IMG/VR virus record: IMGVR_UViG_3300044701_002789
Span: 1 to 64,000 of that record
Direction: 5' to 3' (one strand)
Length of the DNA stretch: 64,000 nucleotides
A program made the position numbers and the translations under genes. Under the pieces are notes generated by a model. The model had not been told where the DNA came from, searched no databases, and worked only from the letters and a program-made list of their open reading frames with translations. This document shows, piece after piece, positions 30,298-39,299 of this stretch (its first letter is position 1; each line of letters opens with the position of its first letter).

Positions 30298-30863
30298 GAA
30301 CGCCCTCCCCATCTAATATCAGGGTAGGCTTCTTTAACGTTATCCCAGGATATTTTATATTTGTCGGTAAGTTTCTTATCTTTAACCAAACAAACTAACT
30401 CTGCCTCAAGAGGATGTAGTCCCTGAAGCATATTAATAAAAATAGTTTCTTTTCTAATCTGAGAAAGAGTTTTATTTCCACCATATACAAAGAGATGGAA
30501 ATTTTTATATTCGTTGCGTAAGGAAGTATGTTGTTTGTTCATTAACTCATCTGTTCCCGCATACGCACCATTATTTAAATTAGTATTTTTAGTTTTACTG
30601 TCAATCAAATCAGTAAGATTTCCCCCGACTGATGATTGATCATTAGGATCAGCATAAGGAACCGGTCCTGGAGGAAGAATGCTAACAACACTCTGATCAA
30701 AATTCCAGATAAGAAGAGAAACCAGAGCATCGTTACGATACTCTTTAAGTACTTCTACTTTGTTAGCGTTTGTTCTTTGTTTAGAAGCGAGTTCCAAAAT
30801 CTCATACTGGAAAGGATTCGCTTGAAGTTTTGTAATGGGTTTTTCGGTTTTTGCTACAGGCAT
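30294..30863 (-). CDS. conserved T4-like hypothetical protein
   Basis: LPPGPVPY..KETIFINMLQGLHPLEA. Confidence 0.75.
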   Translation of the reverse strand: MPVAKTEKPITKLQANPFQYEILELASKQRTNANKVEVLKEYRNDALVSLLIWNFDQSVVSILPPGPVPYADPNDQSSVGGNLTDLIDSKTKNTNLNNGAYAGTDELMNKQHTSLRNEYKNFHLFVYGGNKTLSQIRKETIFINMLQGLHPLEAELVCLVKDKKLTDKYKISWDNVKEAYPDIRWGGRS

Positions 30864-30911
30864 AATCTTTAATACAATTCAGGTATAGTATAGTTTAATT
30901 TTTAATATTTA

Positions 30912-31145
30912 TCAATCCTCTTCATCATCATCTTCATCATCAAAAAATCCTTCTTCAAATCTAACTGCTAAGACTTCATCAGGAATAACATTTCCGTTAC
31001 TATCAAAAAACTCCGGATGAACATTTTTAATACCATAAATTCTTTCAACTTGGTATTGTTTAAATATCCATCCTCCAATAAGTCCAATAAACAGGAACAT
31101 TACACAAAAGAGAGTTGTGAATGTTAATATAATTGATAGTTCCAT
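30912..31145 (-). CDS. small membrane protein with acidic tail
   Basis: TM helix then HPEFFDSNG. Confidence 0.7.
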   Translation of the reverse strand: MELSIILTFTTLFCVMFLFIGLIGGWIFKQYQVERIYGIKNVHPEFFDSNGNVIPDEVLAVRFEEGFFDDEDDDEED

Positions 31146-31161
31146 GGCGTTCTCCCGAGAG

Positions 31162-31392
31162 TTACTTTTTTTCCATATTAAAAGAAAATTCAATTTGAAA
31201 ATGCATCTCTCGGCGGAAGAGAGATAACATCTTTCCAAAACAAAAATGAAATGTTTTTGGTTTTGATGCCGGTTCCCTCCTACTATTGTGTCTTAGCATT
31301 AACTCAAATCCTCTATTGATATGAGGATCAAAACTATTTAGTTTGCTTTTTTCGTCTTCCTTTTCGTTTATCATTATTATATTTTTGAGCAT
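31162..31392 (-). CDS. hypothetical protein
   Basis: INRGFELML motif; start uncertain. Confidence 0.5.
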   Translation of the reverse strand: MLKNIIMINEKEDEKSKLNSFDPHINRGFELMLRHNSRREPASKPKTFHFCFGKMLSLFRREMHFQIEFSFNMEKK

Positions 31393-31693
31393 CTACTAAA
31401 ATGCTATAAAGATAATTTCTTATTTTTCTTGCTTCTGGTTTTGACAAGTGACCATAAGCTTCGCGAAGTTGTTTGTGCAAATTATCAGCACCACCCTCAA
31501 GATATGTATCTAAGTCTAATACAACTCCATTAAGATTATTAGCAGTTTTACTGCCAATAAATTCTTCTATTTCTCTCTTTAAAACACCTTTAATTTTTAA
31601 GTATTCATAAAAATTTAATACGAACTTTCCGTGGAAAGCGTAATCAATTGCTTTTTCAACATCATAATAAACTTCGTGAAAAGTTGTTTCCAT
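31334..31693 (-). CDS. conserved cyanophage hypothetical protein
   Basis: LREAYGHLSKPEARKIRNYL. Confidence 0.7.
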   Translation of the reverse strand: METTFHEVYYDVEKAIDYAFHGKFVLNFYEYLKIKGVLKREIEEFIGSKTANNLNGVVLDLDTYLEGGADNLHKQLREAYGHLSKPEARKIRNYLYSILVDAQKYNNDKRKGRRKKQTK

Positions 31694-31932
31694 TAGATAA
31701 TTTTGTTCTCCTGAAGATACTTAACAGTGTCGGTGCATCCACCAAGATTATCCATATCATTCAGGACAACCTGAGGAAAAGTAGACCCTAGACCGAATTG
31801 ATCATAAAATTGATCTCTAGTAAAGTCTTCGTCTAATTTATAAATTTTATGTTCCAAATTAGTAAGTTGTAGCACTTGCTGAATTTTGGAACAAAAAGGA
31901 CATCCATCCTTAGAATAAACTGTGAATTTCAT
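31693..31932 (-). CDS. nrdC: glutaredoxin
   Basis: YSKDGCPFC..TFPQV..GGCTD. Confidence 0.9.
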   Translation of the reverse strand: MKFTVYSKDGCPFCSKIQQVLQLTNLEHKIYKLDEDFTRDQFYDQFGLGSTFPQVVLNDMDNLGGCTDTVKYLQENKII

Positions 31933-31945
31933 AATAGTAATAATT

Positions 31946-32311
31946 TTATACTTGTTTTCTTGGGTAATAAACTTTGTAATCCGTCTCCACCAGTTGTTTC
32001 TGCCATTCAATGATATCAGATAATCTCTCGGTTGTAAAGAAGGATTGTTTCATGTACCAGTCATACCATTTTTCGTGACCTTTAGATCTATTGCAAGAAT
32101 TACATGCACATAACACGTTTGTAATTTTATCGCTTCCACCTTTTGATCTTGGCGTAATGTGATCAAGTGTTATGTTTTCATCAGACCCGCAATAGGCACA
32201 TTTGTGATTCCATTTTTCTTTTATTGAATGTCTCCATTTTTTCCTTGCCTCAGAACTTGTTGTTGCCTCTAAATTATACAAGAGTTCTTTTGAAGTGGAG
32301 TATAGTGGCAT
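31946..32311 (-). CDS. HNH endonuclease (McrA-like)
   Basis: CAYCG..TLDHITPRSKGG..CNSCNRSK. Confidence 0.9.
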   Translation of the reverse strand: MPLYSTSKELLYNLEATTSSEARKKWRHSIKEKWNHKCAYCGSDENITLDHITPRSKGGSDKITNVLCACNSCNRSKGHEKWYDWYMKQSFFTTERLSDIIEWQKQLVETDYKVYYPRKQV

Positions 32312-32335
32312 TAGTAAAATTCATACCTGAAATAT

Positions 32336-32629
32336 TTAGATTTTCACCGGTTCCTGCTTTCCCTCTGGTAGACTTTCTTTATATGGGTTTAGTTGCTCTA
32401 TTTTACCAGGAGGTAATCCTTGTTGACCTGGAAGTTGTCTATAAGTTGTTGTCGTTACTGTGATTACTTGATCATTAATAAATTTTTGTTTCTTATAAAT
32501 CCTATTAGGTTTAAGTAGGATCATCATTATAGCATCTCTTTCGTCACCACAATGAGCAACTACTTTTCCTGTAGTGTTTTCAATAACCACCCAATAATCA
32601 TTCATTTTGTTTTTTGTCCTTTTGATCAT
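32336..32629 (-). CDS. hypothetical protein
   Basis: ORF. Confidence 0.6.
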   Translation of the reverse strand: MIKRTKNKMNDYWVVIENTTGKVVAHCGDERDAIMMILLKPNRIYKKQKFINDQVITVTTTTYRQLPGQQGLPPGKIEQLNPYKESLPEGKQEPVKI

Positions 32630-32703
32630 TATACCTCATTTTAGGGGGTCTGTAAAGTTGAGGCCAGGTATCACGAATAATTTCTGCAAGTTTGTATGGT
32701 GTT

Positions 32704-33066
32704 TCAGTTGTTATCATTTGTTTTTATTTTATGTATGAATACTTTAAGTCCCCGTTTTTCTGCTTTTGAAATCATATCCTTAGTTCCAGTAGATTTTCCA
32801 TCCCATACGGCAACTAAAGCATCAGCATATTCTGCCATTTGCGAATTGCGAATGTGACCGGCACCTCTTCCATACTTTTCCCATTCTGCGGGAAATCTTT
32901 TAATTGGAACATCAAATTCTTCTGCAAGCATTTCTCCATAAGAATCTGCACCTCTTGCGCAACCTGAAATCACTTCAGTAATCTCGGTAGTAAAAGGACA
33001 GAGTTCCAGTGCATCTATAACATCTTTAATTGATGCAGTTCTTGAACCTGCAATGATGGTTTTCAT
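32704..33066 (-). CDS. SLOG-family (DUF2493/YspA-like) protein
   Basis: IIAGSR..ISGCARGAD..AGHIRN..WDGKSTGT. Confidence 0.85.
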   Translation of the reverse strand: MKTIIAGSRTASIKDVIDALELCPFTTEITEVISGCARGADSYGEMLAEEFDVPIKRFPAEWEKYGRGAGHIRNSQMAEYADALVAVWDGKSTGTKDMISKAEKRGLKVFIHKIKTNDNN

Positions 33067-33103
33067 TATATTTTCTATATATTATGTTCTAAATGGAGGT
33101 AGA

Positions 33104-33379
33104 ATGGACTTTTTATTGAAAATTAAAATTGGATGGATTTTTGTATTTGCATCATTTAAATTATGGTGCAAGCATATGATGAATAAATCTGGTTCCAATT
33201 TTTGGATAGATGGATTTTATAACTTTGATAATGGTCCAGAAGAACTGGAATTGACTTGGAGCAATTATGAAATTGCAATGAAACATCAAAAGAAACCCAG
33301 AGGTAGAGGAAAACCAAAGTATCCTAATAGTATCACAGGATTTCTAAAATGGCAACATGAGCATTTATGTTCACTATGA
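33104..33379 (+). CDS. hypothetical protein
   Basis: GGAGG RBS before ATG 33104. Confidence 0.5.
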   Translation: MDFLLKIKIGWIFVFASFKLWCKHMMNKSGSNFWIDGFYNFDNGPEELELTWSNYEIAMKHQKKPRGRGKPKYPNSITGFLKWQHEHLCSL

Positions 33380-33393
33380 TATGAAATTTATTT

Positions 33394-33401
33394 TATAAAT
33401 A
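33394..33401 (+). promoter_or_regulatory. T4-type late promoter TATAAATA of the coat-like operon
   Basis: exact consensus. Confidence 0.75.
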
Positions 33402-33404
33402 ATC

Positions 33405-33633
33405 ATGAGAAGAGAAATCTTCTCATTAGAGACAAGATGTATTACTAAAAGATTCCATTTTTGGTTCTTTCATTAATGCTTCACTCTAATTGGGTAATAT
33501 AATCCAATTCTAAAGAGAAGTAATCCCAGACGACTCATCTACAGTCGCCTGTGGAACTGAATCGTCTGGCATTATGTCAGGGAAGGATTGGATTATATCC
33601 CTCTCCAATTAACCTTTCTTTCCCTTAAGGAGA
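33405..33633 (+). ncRNA. candidate structured 5' leader (multiple hairpins)
   Basis: ATGAGAAGA-GAAA-TCTTCTCAT; CCAGACGA..TCTACAG-TCGC-CTGTGGA..TCGTCTGG; GGGAAGG-ATTGGA..TCCAAT..TTCCC next to the RBS. Confidence 0.55.
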
Positions 33634-33639
33634 AACAAA

Positions 33640-34467
33640 ATGGCAGATCCCGTATATATGCCCGATCCTTGGGCAGCACTTGCCGCACAACACTCAGACA
33701 TTCGTAGAGAAGGTTCTGTAGAACGTGGCGAGATTCGTTTTGATGTTGCTACTCGCACTGCTGACAACCGTTATGCTAATGCTATCGGTCAAGCAGATAT
33801 TCGTAGAGAGCAAGCATTAGGTTTTGGTGATGTAAAGTATTCTATTGCAGAACACTCAGAATCAACCAATCGTGACATTCTAACTACAGGTCATAATAAT
33901 CAAGTTAAAATTGATGAAGCTGCTGATAAAATTCAGCAAAGAGCTACTGATTTTTATCTTGCCGGTCAAGCAAGAGATTTTGATGCTTCCCGCGATCTTG
34001 CTGCTCTCAAAGCAAGTCAAGATATGGCTGCTCAAAAACTCAGCACAGAGATTCTTCTTTCTACTGAAAGAACTGCTACTGCTGCTGCTCTTGAGTCCGC
34101 TAAGGTTGCTGCTGCTGTAGCACTTGGTCAATCACAACTCAGCAAAGAAATTGCTGAGAGCAAGTATGATATCAGCAAGCAAATTGCTTATGAAAATGAA
34201 AAGACCCGTGATCTTGTTAATGCACTTAAGAATGACGAACTTAATCGTCTTCTTATTGAGCGTAACACCGATCTAACTCATTGCCGTCACGACTATTGGG
34301 GTGCCCGTGATGGACTCTTCAATAGTCAGTTCGCTGCACTATCTTCCCAAGTTAATTCTCAGTTAAACTCACTCAACAGTCAGATTGCTGAGACCCGTCA
34401 GGGTATGGTTAACTTTGGAACCATGGCTGGTGTTGGTCAATCCTCAACCAGCAACGCAGTTCGCTGA
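33640..34467 (+). CDS. alpha-helical/coiled-coil protein, putative major matrix/coat component
   Basis: strong TAAGGAGA RBS, GCT/CGT-rich codons, heptad-like Ala/Gln-rich sequence. Confidence 0.8.
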   Translation: MADPVYMPDPWAALAAQHSDIRREGSVERGEIRFDVATRTADNRYANAIGQADIRREQALGFGDVKYSIAEHSESTNRDILTTGHNNQVKIDEAADKIQQRATDFYLAGQARDFDASRDLAALKASQDMAAQKLSTEILLSTERTATAAALESAKVAAAVALGQSQLSKEIAESKYDISKQIAYENEKTRDLVNALKNDELNRLLIERNTDLTHCRHDYWGARDGLFNSQFAALSSQVNSQLNSLNSQIAETRQGMVNFGTMAGVGQSSTSNAVR

Positions 34468-34485
34468 TTTAGTTCAGTAGTTATC

Positions 34486-34519
34486 GGGGGAAGGTTGCCC
34501 ACTTCCTTCCCCTTTTTTT
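34486..34519 (+). terminator. intrinsic terminator inside the operon
   Basis: GGGGAAGG...CCTTCCCC followed by T7. Confidence 0.7.
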
Positions 34520-34533
34520 AAAGGAGAATAACT

Positions 34534-35115
34534 ATGGACTCAGCAGAAAGAAAACTCATTGATCTTTATAATCTTCTTGCACAATATCAAAGAAGTAATG
34601 ATCCGAATCTAATTGAAAACATTCAATCTTTACGATCACAGATTACCGAACTATTGAATACCCGTGTTGGAGGAAATGACAACATCAACATCGTTATAGA
34701 TGGAGATGATTGCCCTGATGAGTGCCCTCCAGGACCTCCAGGACCCCCCGGAGAACAAGGTCCACCGGGACCACAGGGACCTCCAGGACCCCCTGGAGAA
34801 CCAGGAGTGTGTACCTGCAAATGCAAAAGCATCCTGGTTTCAGACGATTATTCTGCTACTTGTGATGACTATTACATCGGTGTCAATAGCAACGAACCTG
34901 TTACTATTTCATTACCTGAAAACTGTACCGATTGTTGTGAAATTATTGTAAAAGCAGAAATGGGTCCACCATTGGGTAATCGTAAAGTTACTGTAACTAC
35001 TTCTGATGGATCATTGATTGATGGTGCTGATGATTACATTATCACAGTACCTTATGGAACAGTTTATGTGATCTGTAGAGGTGGCGATTGGTATATTATC
35101 TCAGCAAAATTATAA
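34534..35115 (+). CDS. short collagen-repeat, Cys-rich protein
   Basis: N-terminal coiled coil, CPDEC-(GPP/GEQ)x9-CTCKCK, C-terminal beta domain DDYYIGVN..VTISLP. Confidence 0.85.
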   Translation: MDSAERKLIDLYNLLAQYQRSNDPNLIENIQSLRSQITELLNTRVGGNDNINIVIDGDDCPDECPPGPPGPPGEQGPPGPQGPPGPPGEPGVCTCKCKSILVSDDYSATCDDYYIGVNSNEPVTISLPENCTDCCEIIVKAEMGPPLGNRKVTVTTSDGSLIDGADDYIITVPYGTVYVICRGGDWYIISAKL

Positions 35116-35117
35116 CA

Positions 35118-35876
35118 ATGAAATTTAATATTCAACCATCTCTTCCTGACGATAGAGATTACATCTATAAAAATGATAGCACAGAAGTTCTTAGAGAATC
35201 TGTGGATCTTCGTGAATGGGATACAATTGTGGAATCACAAAATTCATTAGGTAGTTGTTCTGCAAATGCAATTACAAATGCTTATGAACTTTGTGTGAAT
35301 CGCATGTATCCAGAATACTTCACTCATCTAAGTAGATTATTTCTTTATTACAATGCTCGTGTTGAATACGGAATCATTGAAGAAGATGAAGGAATGTTTT
35401 TGAAAGATGGTCTGAAATCATTATCAAAGTTTGGTATTTGCACCGAAGAGTTATGGCCCTATAATCCAGAAAACTTTACAGTACAACCAACTGAAGAATG
35501 TTATGAAGATGCAAAGAAAAGAAAAATTTCAAAGTATCAAAAACTCATTAGCATTTACTACATGACTCAAGTGTTGAATTACAACAAACCAGTTGTATTT
35601 GGAATGCAAATTTACGATAGCTTCATGGATCTAAATGAGCGTATTTCAACTGTAACATTTCCTTCACGAAAGGAAAAAAGTCTTGGTGGTCATGCAATGT
35701 GTATGGTAGGATATGACTTAGGTAAGAAACTGTTTTTAGCAAAGAACAGTTTTGGTACTGATTGGGGCGATAAGGGATACTGTTGGATTCCTTTTGATTA
35801 TGTAAGACAGGAAGGATACGACATTTGGACTTTTGATATACCCAATCAAACCGGAGAAAACAATGTACTATCCTAG
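35118..35876 (+). CDS. papain-like cysteine protease (C1A)
   Basis: SVDLR..QNSLGSCSA, LSRLFLYY, GGHAMCMVGY, KNSFGTDWGDKGY. Confidence 0.93.
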   Translation: MKFNIQPSLPDDRDYIYKNDSTEVLRESVDLREWDTIVESQNSLGSCSANAITNAYELCVNRMYPEYFTHLSRLFLYYNARVEYGIIEEDEGMFLKDGLKSLSKFGICTEELWPYNPENFTVQPTEECYEDAKKRKISKYQKLISIYYMTQVLNYNKPVVFGMQIYDSFMDLNERISTVTFPSRKEKSLGGHAMCMVGYDLGKKLFLAKNSFGTDWGDKGYCWIPFDYVRQEGYDIWTFDIPNQTGENNVLS

Positions 35877-35994
35877 ACCCTACTATCCTTATTACAGGAG
35901 ATATTATGACTATTATGACTACTATCGTTATGGGTGCAATCCTTATTATCACAGATATTGCCCTTATTACTCATATTATCCATACTATTATTAA
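35863..35994 (+). CDS. 43-aa Tyr-rich peptide (23 Tyr)
   Basis: GGAG RBS; MYYPRPYYPYYRRYYDYYDYYRYGCNPYYHRYCPYYSYYPYYY; missing from the ORF track. Confidence 0.8.
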   Translation: MYYPRPYYPYYRRYYDYYDYYRYGCNPYYHRYCPYYSYYPYYY

Positions 35995-36009
35995 ATAGGA
36001 GAATTTAAA

Positions 36010-36258
36010 ATGTATTATAGATATCAACCATATCCTTATTATAACAGATATTATAATCTAAATCCATATTATTATGGAAGATATTATAATCCTTATTACA
36101 ACTATCAAAGAAATATAATTGATAGTCAGATTTCTGATGTGAATCAGAGTATTAATAATTTTGGTTCAATGACGGATGTGATTCAAGATGCAAACGTCTA
36201 TCAACTTATGACACCTGAACCTGAAAATGTTGGAATCTGTACTGAACCACCCGCATAA
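36010..36258 (+). CDS. Tyr/Asn/Pro-rich small protein
   Basis: AGGAG RBS; N-terminal NPYY repeats. Confidence 0.8.
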   Translation: MYYRYQPYPYYNRYYNLNPYYYGRYYNPYYNYQRNIIDSQISDVNQSINNFGSMTDVIQDANVYQLMTPEPENVGICTEPPA

Positions 36259-36262
36259 TTAA

Positions 36263-36297
36263 GGGGAGTGATTTTTAGATCACTCCCTCTTTTTTTT
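36263..36297 (+). terminator. intrinsic terminator ending the plus-strand operon
   Basis: GGGAGTGAT...ATCACTCCC followed by a T run. Confidence 0.8.
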
Positions 36298-36298
36298 A

Positions 36299-36601
36299 TC
36301 ATTTCATAAATTCTTCAATTGTGTCTGGTTTATTCTTATTAAGACAATCCTTATGATAAATCTTTTCAAGATTATCACTTTCTTGTTTGTTCAACATCAC
36401 CCAGTTTTCTCTAATATCTAAATATGCTTCCCAGATTGGAATTCCATCAGATTCCATTCTTCTGAATAATCTCCCCTGATAGGGAGCAAAATATTCTCCC
36501 ATAAAATCTCTGGATACTGTTAACTTTGGATTCTTAAGTTGTTCTAGAGTTTTTTGAAGTTCTGCAATCTGTTTTTCAATTTCTTCGATTGTTTGTGCCA
36601 T
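36299..36601 (-). CDS. hypothetical protein
   Basis: ORF. Confidence 0.6.
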   Translation of the reverse strand: MAQTIEEIEKQIAELQKTLEQLKNPKLTVSRDFMGEYFAPYQGRLFRRMESDGIPIWEAYLDIRENWVMLNKQESDNLEKIYHKDCLNKNKPDTIEEFMK

Positions 36602-36785
36602 TTTCTAAAAGTAATAAACGGTTTTCAATGTTATCTATTCGTGTATTTGTCTCCTTGATTTGTGTTTCAAGTTTTGCAATATTTACAACATTCGTTGCAC
36701 AGAATGAAGTAACGAGACCAAACCATATCCACAATAAGATTTGAAGTGTTTTACAAATTTCTTTTTGTCTTGGTGTCATGTCCAA
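36576..36785 (-). CDS. hypothetical membrane protein
   Basis: TM segment plus coiled coil. Confidence 0.55.
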   Translation of the reverse strand: MDMTPRQKEICKTLQILLWIWFGLVTSFCATNVVNIAKLETQIKETNTRIDNIENRLLLLENGTNNRRN

Positions 36786-37207
36786 TCTATCATCGTAGTG
36801 AATAGATTTACACTTTCTTCATTTTCCTCATTATCAAAGAGTTCTAGTAATTCCTGAAAGTAATCTTCTATTGCATCATAACCCAAAGAACAACCAAGAT
36901 CCCATGCCTTATTGAAGATTTTATTTGACTTAGGATGACCAGTCATATTGTATTTTTCAATCAGGTCTTTACGGAATTCTTCTTGTAATCTTAGAGTTTC
37001 TTCTTGATGAAGTTTCAAATGAGAGTTATATGAGACCTCATCAAGAACTTGTTCTTCCACACAGTTTTTAGGTGGTTGGAAGTCATCGTCTTTTGGACCA
37101 ACTTTCATTCCAACCATCAATCCTTTTCGGTAATAGTAAATCGTCATATAATCGTCTTTTTTCGGAATGGATACCGATGTTGTCTGATAATATGAAAGGG
37201 GTTTCAT
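36776..37207 (-). CDS. hypothetical protein
   Basis: ORF downstream of a TTGTCA-N17-TATACT promoter. Confidence 0.65.
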   Translation of the reverse strand: MKPLSYYQTTSVSIPKKDDYMTIYYYRKGLMVGMKVGPKDDDFQPPKNCVEEQVLDEVSYNSHLKLHQEETLRLQEEFRKDLIEKYNMTGHPKSNKIFNKAWDLGCSLGYDAIEDYFQELLELFDNEENEESVNLFTTMIDWT

Positions 37208-37667
37208 GTTATTAATGTAAAGGACACTAGGACTGGGTTACTTGGAACCTCACTGTCCTGCATACAGTATAACAGGGTACAGAAGAAATGACAAGGGTCG
37301 TTATAACAGGGTTTCAACAAAAATGCAATAACTGAATAAAGGTCAATAAGGAAACAAAGACATTATGAAGAGGAAAAACCCAAATCCCAAAAAGACTGCA
37401 TACATTAAAATAATTCCTTCCATCTTACTCTAAGTTTTTGAGTATTTATGAGGAGGTCTTATGTCAATAAGATTTCCAAAAATCTCCCCAAGATTGACCT
37501 GGAGGTTTAGTGTAGGTTTTTCCGTATGCTTCCTCTCTTAGTTCTTCTCTGGCAGTGTAATAACTTTCTCCAGTGAGTTTCATACGATTTCTAATTTCTC
37601 TTTCCGTGGGTTCAGTCATTTTGTTTTTGAGATTTTATGAGTATCTTAGAAGATTTGGGGTTTTATA

Positions 37668-37892
37668 TCAGTCCTCTCCCACTTTCATTTTTTCCATTGA
37701 GCAATTCACTTGACCGTCACTCACAGATGCTCTGGAGATATAAAAAATAATTCCTTTACCATCTTCAAGTCCATCAAGTTGTTCTTGAATTCCTTTCATT
37801 GATGCATACTTAGAAGTTGTTGAAAAGTTCTCTGGATAACTCGCAAAGGCATCTTCCAGTGTTTTGATTTGTTCGGGTGTAAGTTGTGTCAT
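37668..37892 (-). CDS. hypothetical protein
   Basis: ORF downstream of TTGACT...TATAAT. Confidence 0.55.
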   Translation of the reverse strand: MTQLTPEQIKTLEDAFASYPENFSTTSKYASMKGIQEQLDGLEDGKGIIFYISRASVSDGQVNCSMEKMKVGED

Positions 37893-37950
37893 AATCGTTT
37901 TGTTAATTAGGAGTATTATATCAGTTTTTGGTGGAAAGTCAAGAGGGGCA

Positions 37951-38160
37951 TTATTGGTCGTAAAGATTTTCTAATCTTTCTTTGGTGAGGTCAACATATA
38001 AAAGTTCGTCACCTTCTTTTGGTGCCTCTGGGTGTTGAGGTTTTCTTGGAGTTCTCATTTCCTCATTGATGGATTGGATGTTTCCCCACATCATCGCAAA
38101 GGCACCTCCAGCGATGACTGCGAAGAATGTGAAGTATAGGAGAGGGAGTAGGATGTTCAT
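37951..38160 (-). CDS. DUF2973-like membrane protein
   Basis: TM helix then HPEAPKEGDELLYV. Confidence 0.65.
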   Translation of the reverse strand: MNILLPLLYFTFFAVIAGGAFAMMWGNIQSINEEMRTPRKPQHPEAPKEGDELLYVDLTKERLENLYDQ

Positions 38161-38204
38161 GGGGTTTTATGTGTGGGTGAGTGTTTTTGTAGGTATTTAA
38201 TCAT

Positions 38205-39299
38205 TTATGGTCTCGTCCATCCATAACAAGATTTTCTTACGCCTCGCAAAACGGCATCAAGACCACATTTGATATTATGTTCTTTTGAAAATTCTGTTAT
38301 ATTATTGAAAGTATAGATTATTCCTTCTGGACTTTTAATTTTATAAATTTTCTTTTCTAAAATTGTTTCCGGTAAAGTCCATCCTTTATGTTGTTTATGT
38401 CTTTTGCCCAATACCTGAGAAATACACCCATCATCTAAATTATACTTACTACAAAATGTTACAATATTTTCAAAGATAATTATTTCACCATTTGGATTTT
38501 TTAGTTTATGTATTTTTTTATTCCTTTCTAATGCCTTCCTTTTAATGTTTTCAATAGTTTCTGAGTTATGTTTTTTCCCATACATAGGATTTCCTTCACC
38601 AGAAAATCTTTCACTTTTATTTTCTAAAAATCCAGGAGAGAATATACCAAGACCAAGTTCTTTCATCTTATTTCCATTTCTTTTTCCATTTTTACTTCTT
38701 TCTTCAAAAGATAGACCACAAATTCCACTTTTATTATCTCTATTTTTAGCACCACCTATTTTTCCAGCAGCACTTCTTTCTTCAAATCCAAATCCACATA
38801 CTCCAAGTCCAAGTTCTTTATTTTTTTGACCTGCTTTCTTACTATTTTCTTGTTTTTGTTCTGGAGTTAATGAAAATATTCCAAGTCCATTTTCTTTTGC
38901 ATAATTTCCATTTTTTACTCGTTGTTCTTTTGTGAGAGAGCAAACTCCTCTTTTTAATTCTGCATTCTGGTTTCCAATTACCTTTCCGTGTCTTCTTCTT
39001 GCTTTTCTAACACTTTCGCTAGGAATATATCCACTTACACCATCACCGCCATTAGTAAGATTACGAAGAATACCAGTTCCATTATCTTTTCTACCAAACA
39101 CAGCAATCATATAAATTTCGTGCTTAAATGCTTCTTGTTCGGTTAAGTTTTGTTTGAGAAAGATTATTCTTGATTTGTCTTTGGGTGGAGAGACACTTTC
39201 TTTTTTACCTTTTATAAAACATCGGTCATCTTTTCCTTTACCAATATAATAAGGTGTTCTGTCTTCTCTCAAATAAGCATAGGTGTAAAAATCATTCAT
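38205..39299 (-). CDS. free-standing GIY-YIG-like homing endonuclease with NUMOD3 and repeat DNA-binding domains
   Basis: FYTYAYLREDRTPYYIGKG..E..LRNLTNGGDG; SGEGNPMYGKKH. Confidence 0.85.
   Translation of the reverse strand: MNDFYTYAYLREDRTPYYIGKGKDDRCFIKGKKESVSPPKDKSRIIFLKQNLTEQEAFKHEIYMIAVFGRKDNGTGILRNLTNGGDGVSGYIPSESVRKARRRHGKVIGNQNAELKRGVCSLTKEQRVKNGNYAKENGLGIFSLTPEQKQENSKKAGQKNKELGLGVCGFGFEERSAAGKIGGAKNRDNKSGICGLSFEERSKNGKRNGNKMKELGLGIFSPGFLENKSERFSGEGNPMYGKKHNSETIENIKRKALERNKKIHKLKNPNGEIIIFENIVTFCSKYNLDDGCISQVLGKRHKQHKGWTLPETILEKKIYKIKSPEGIIYTFNNITEFSKEHNIKCGLDAVLRGVRKSCYGWTRP

Noticed and set aside
35623-35952. 109-aa minus-strand Ile-rich ORF
   Set aside because: Antisense shadow of the Tyr-rich peptide and the protease gene.
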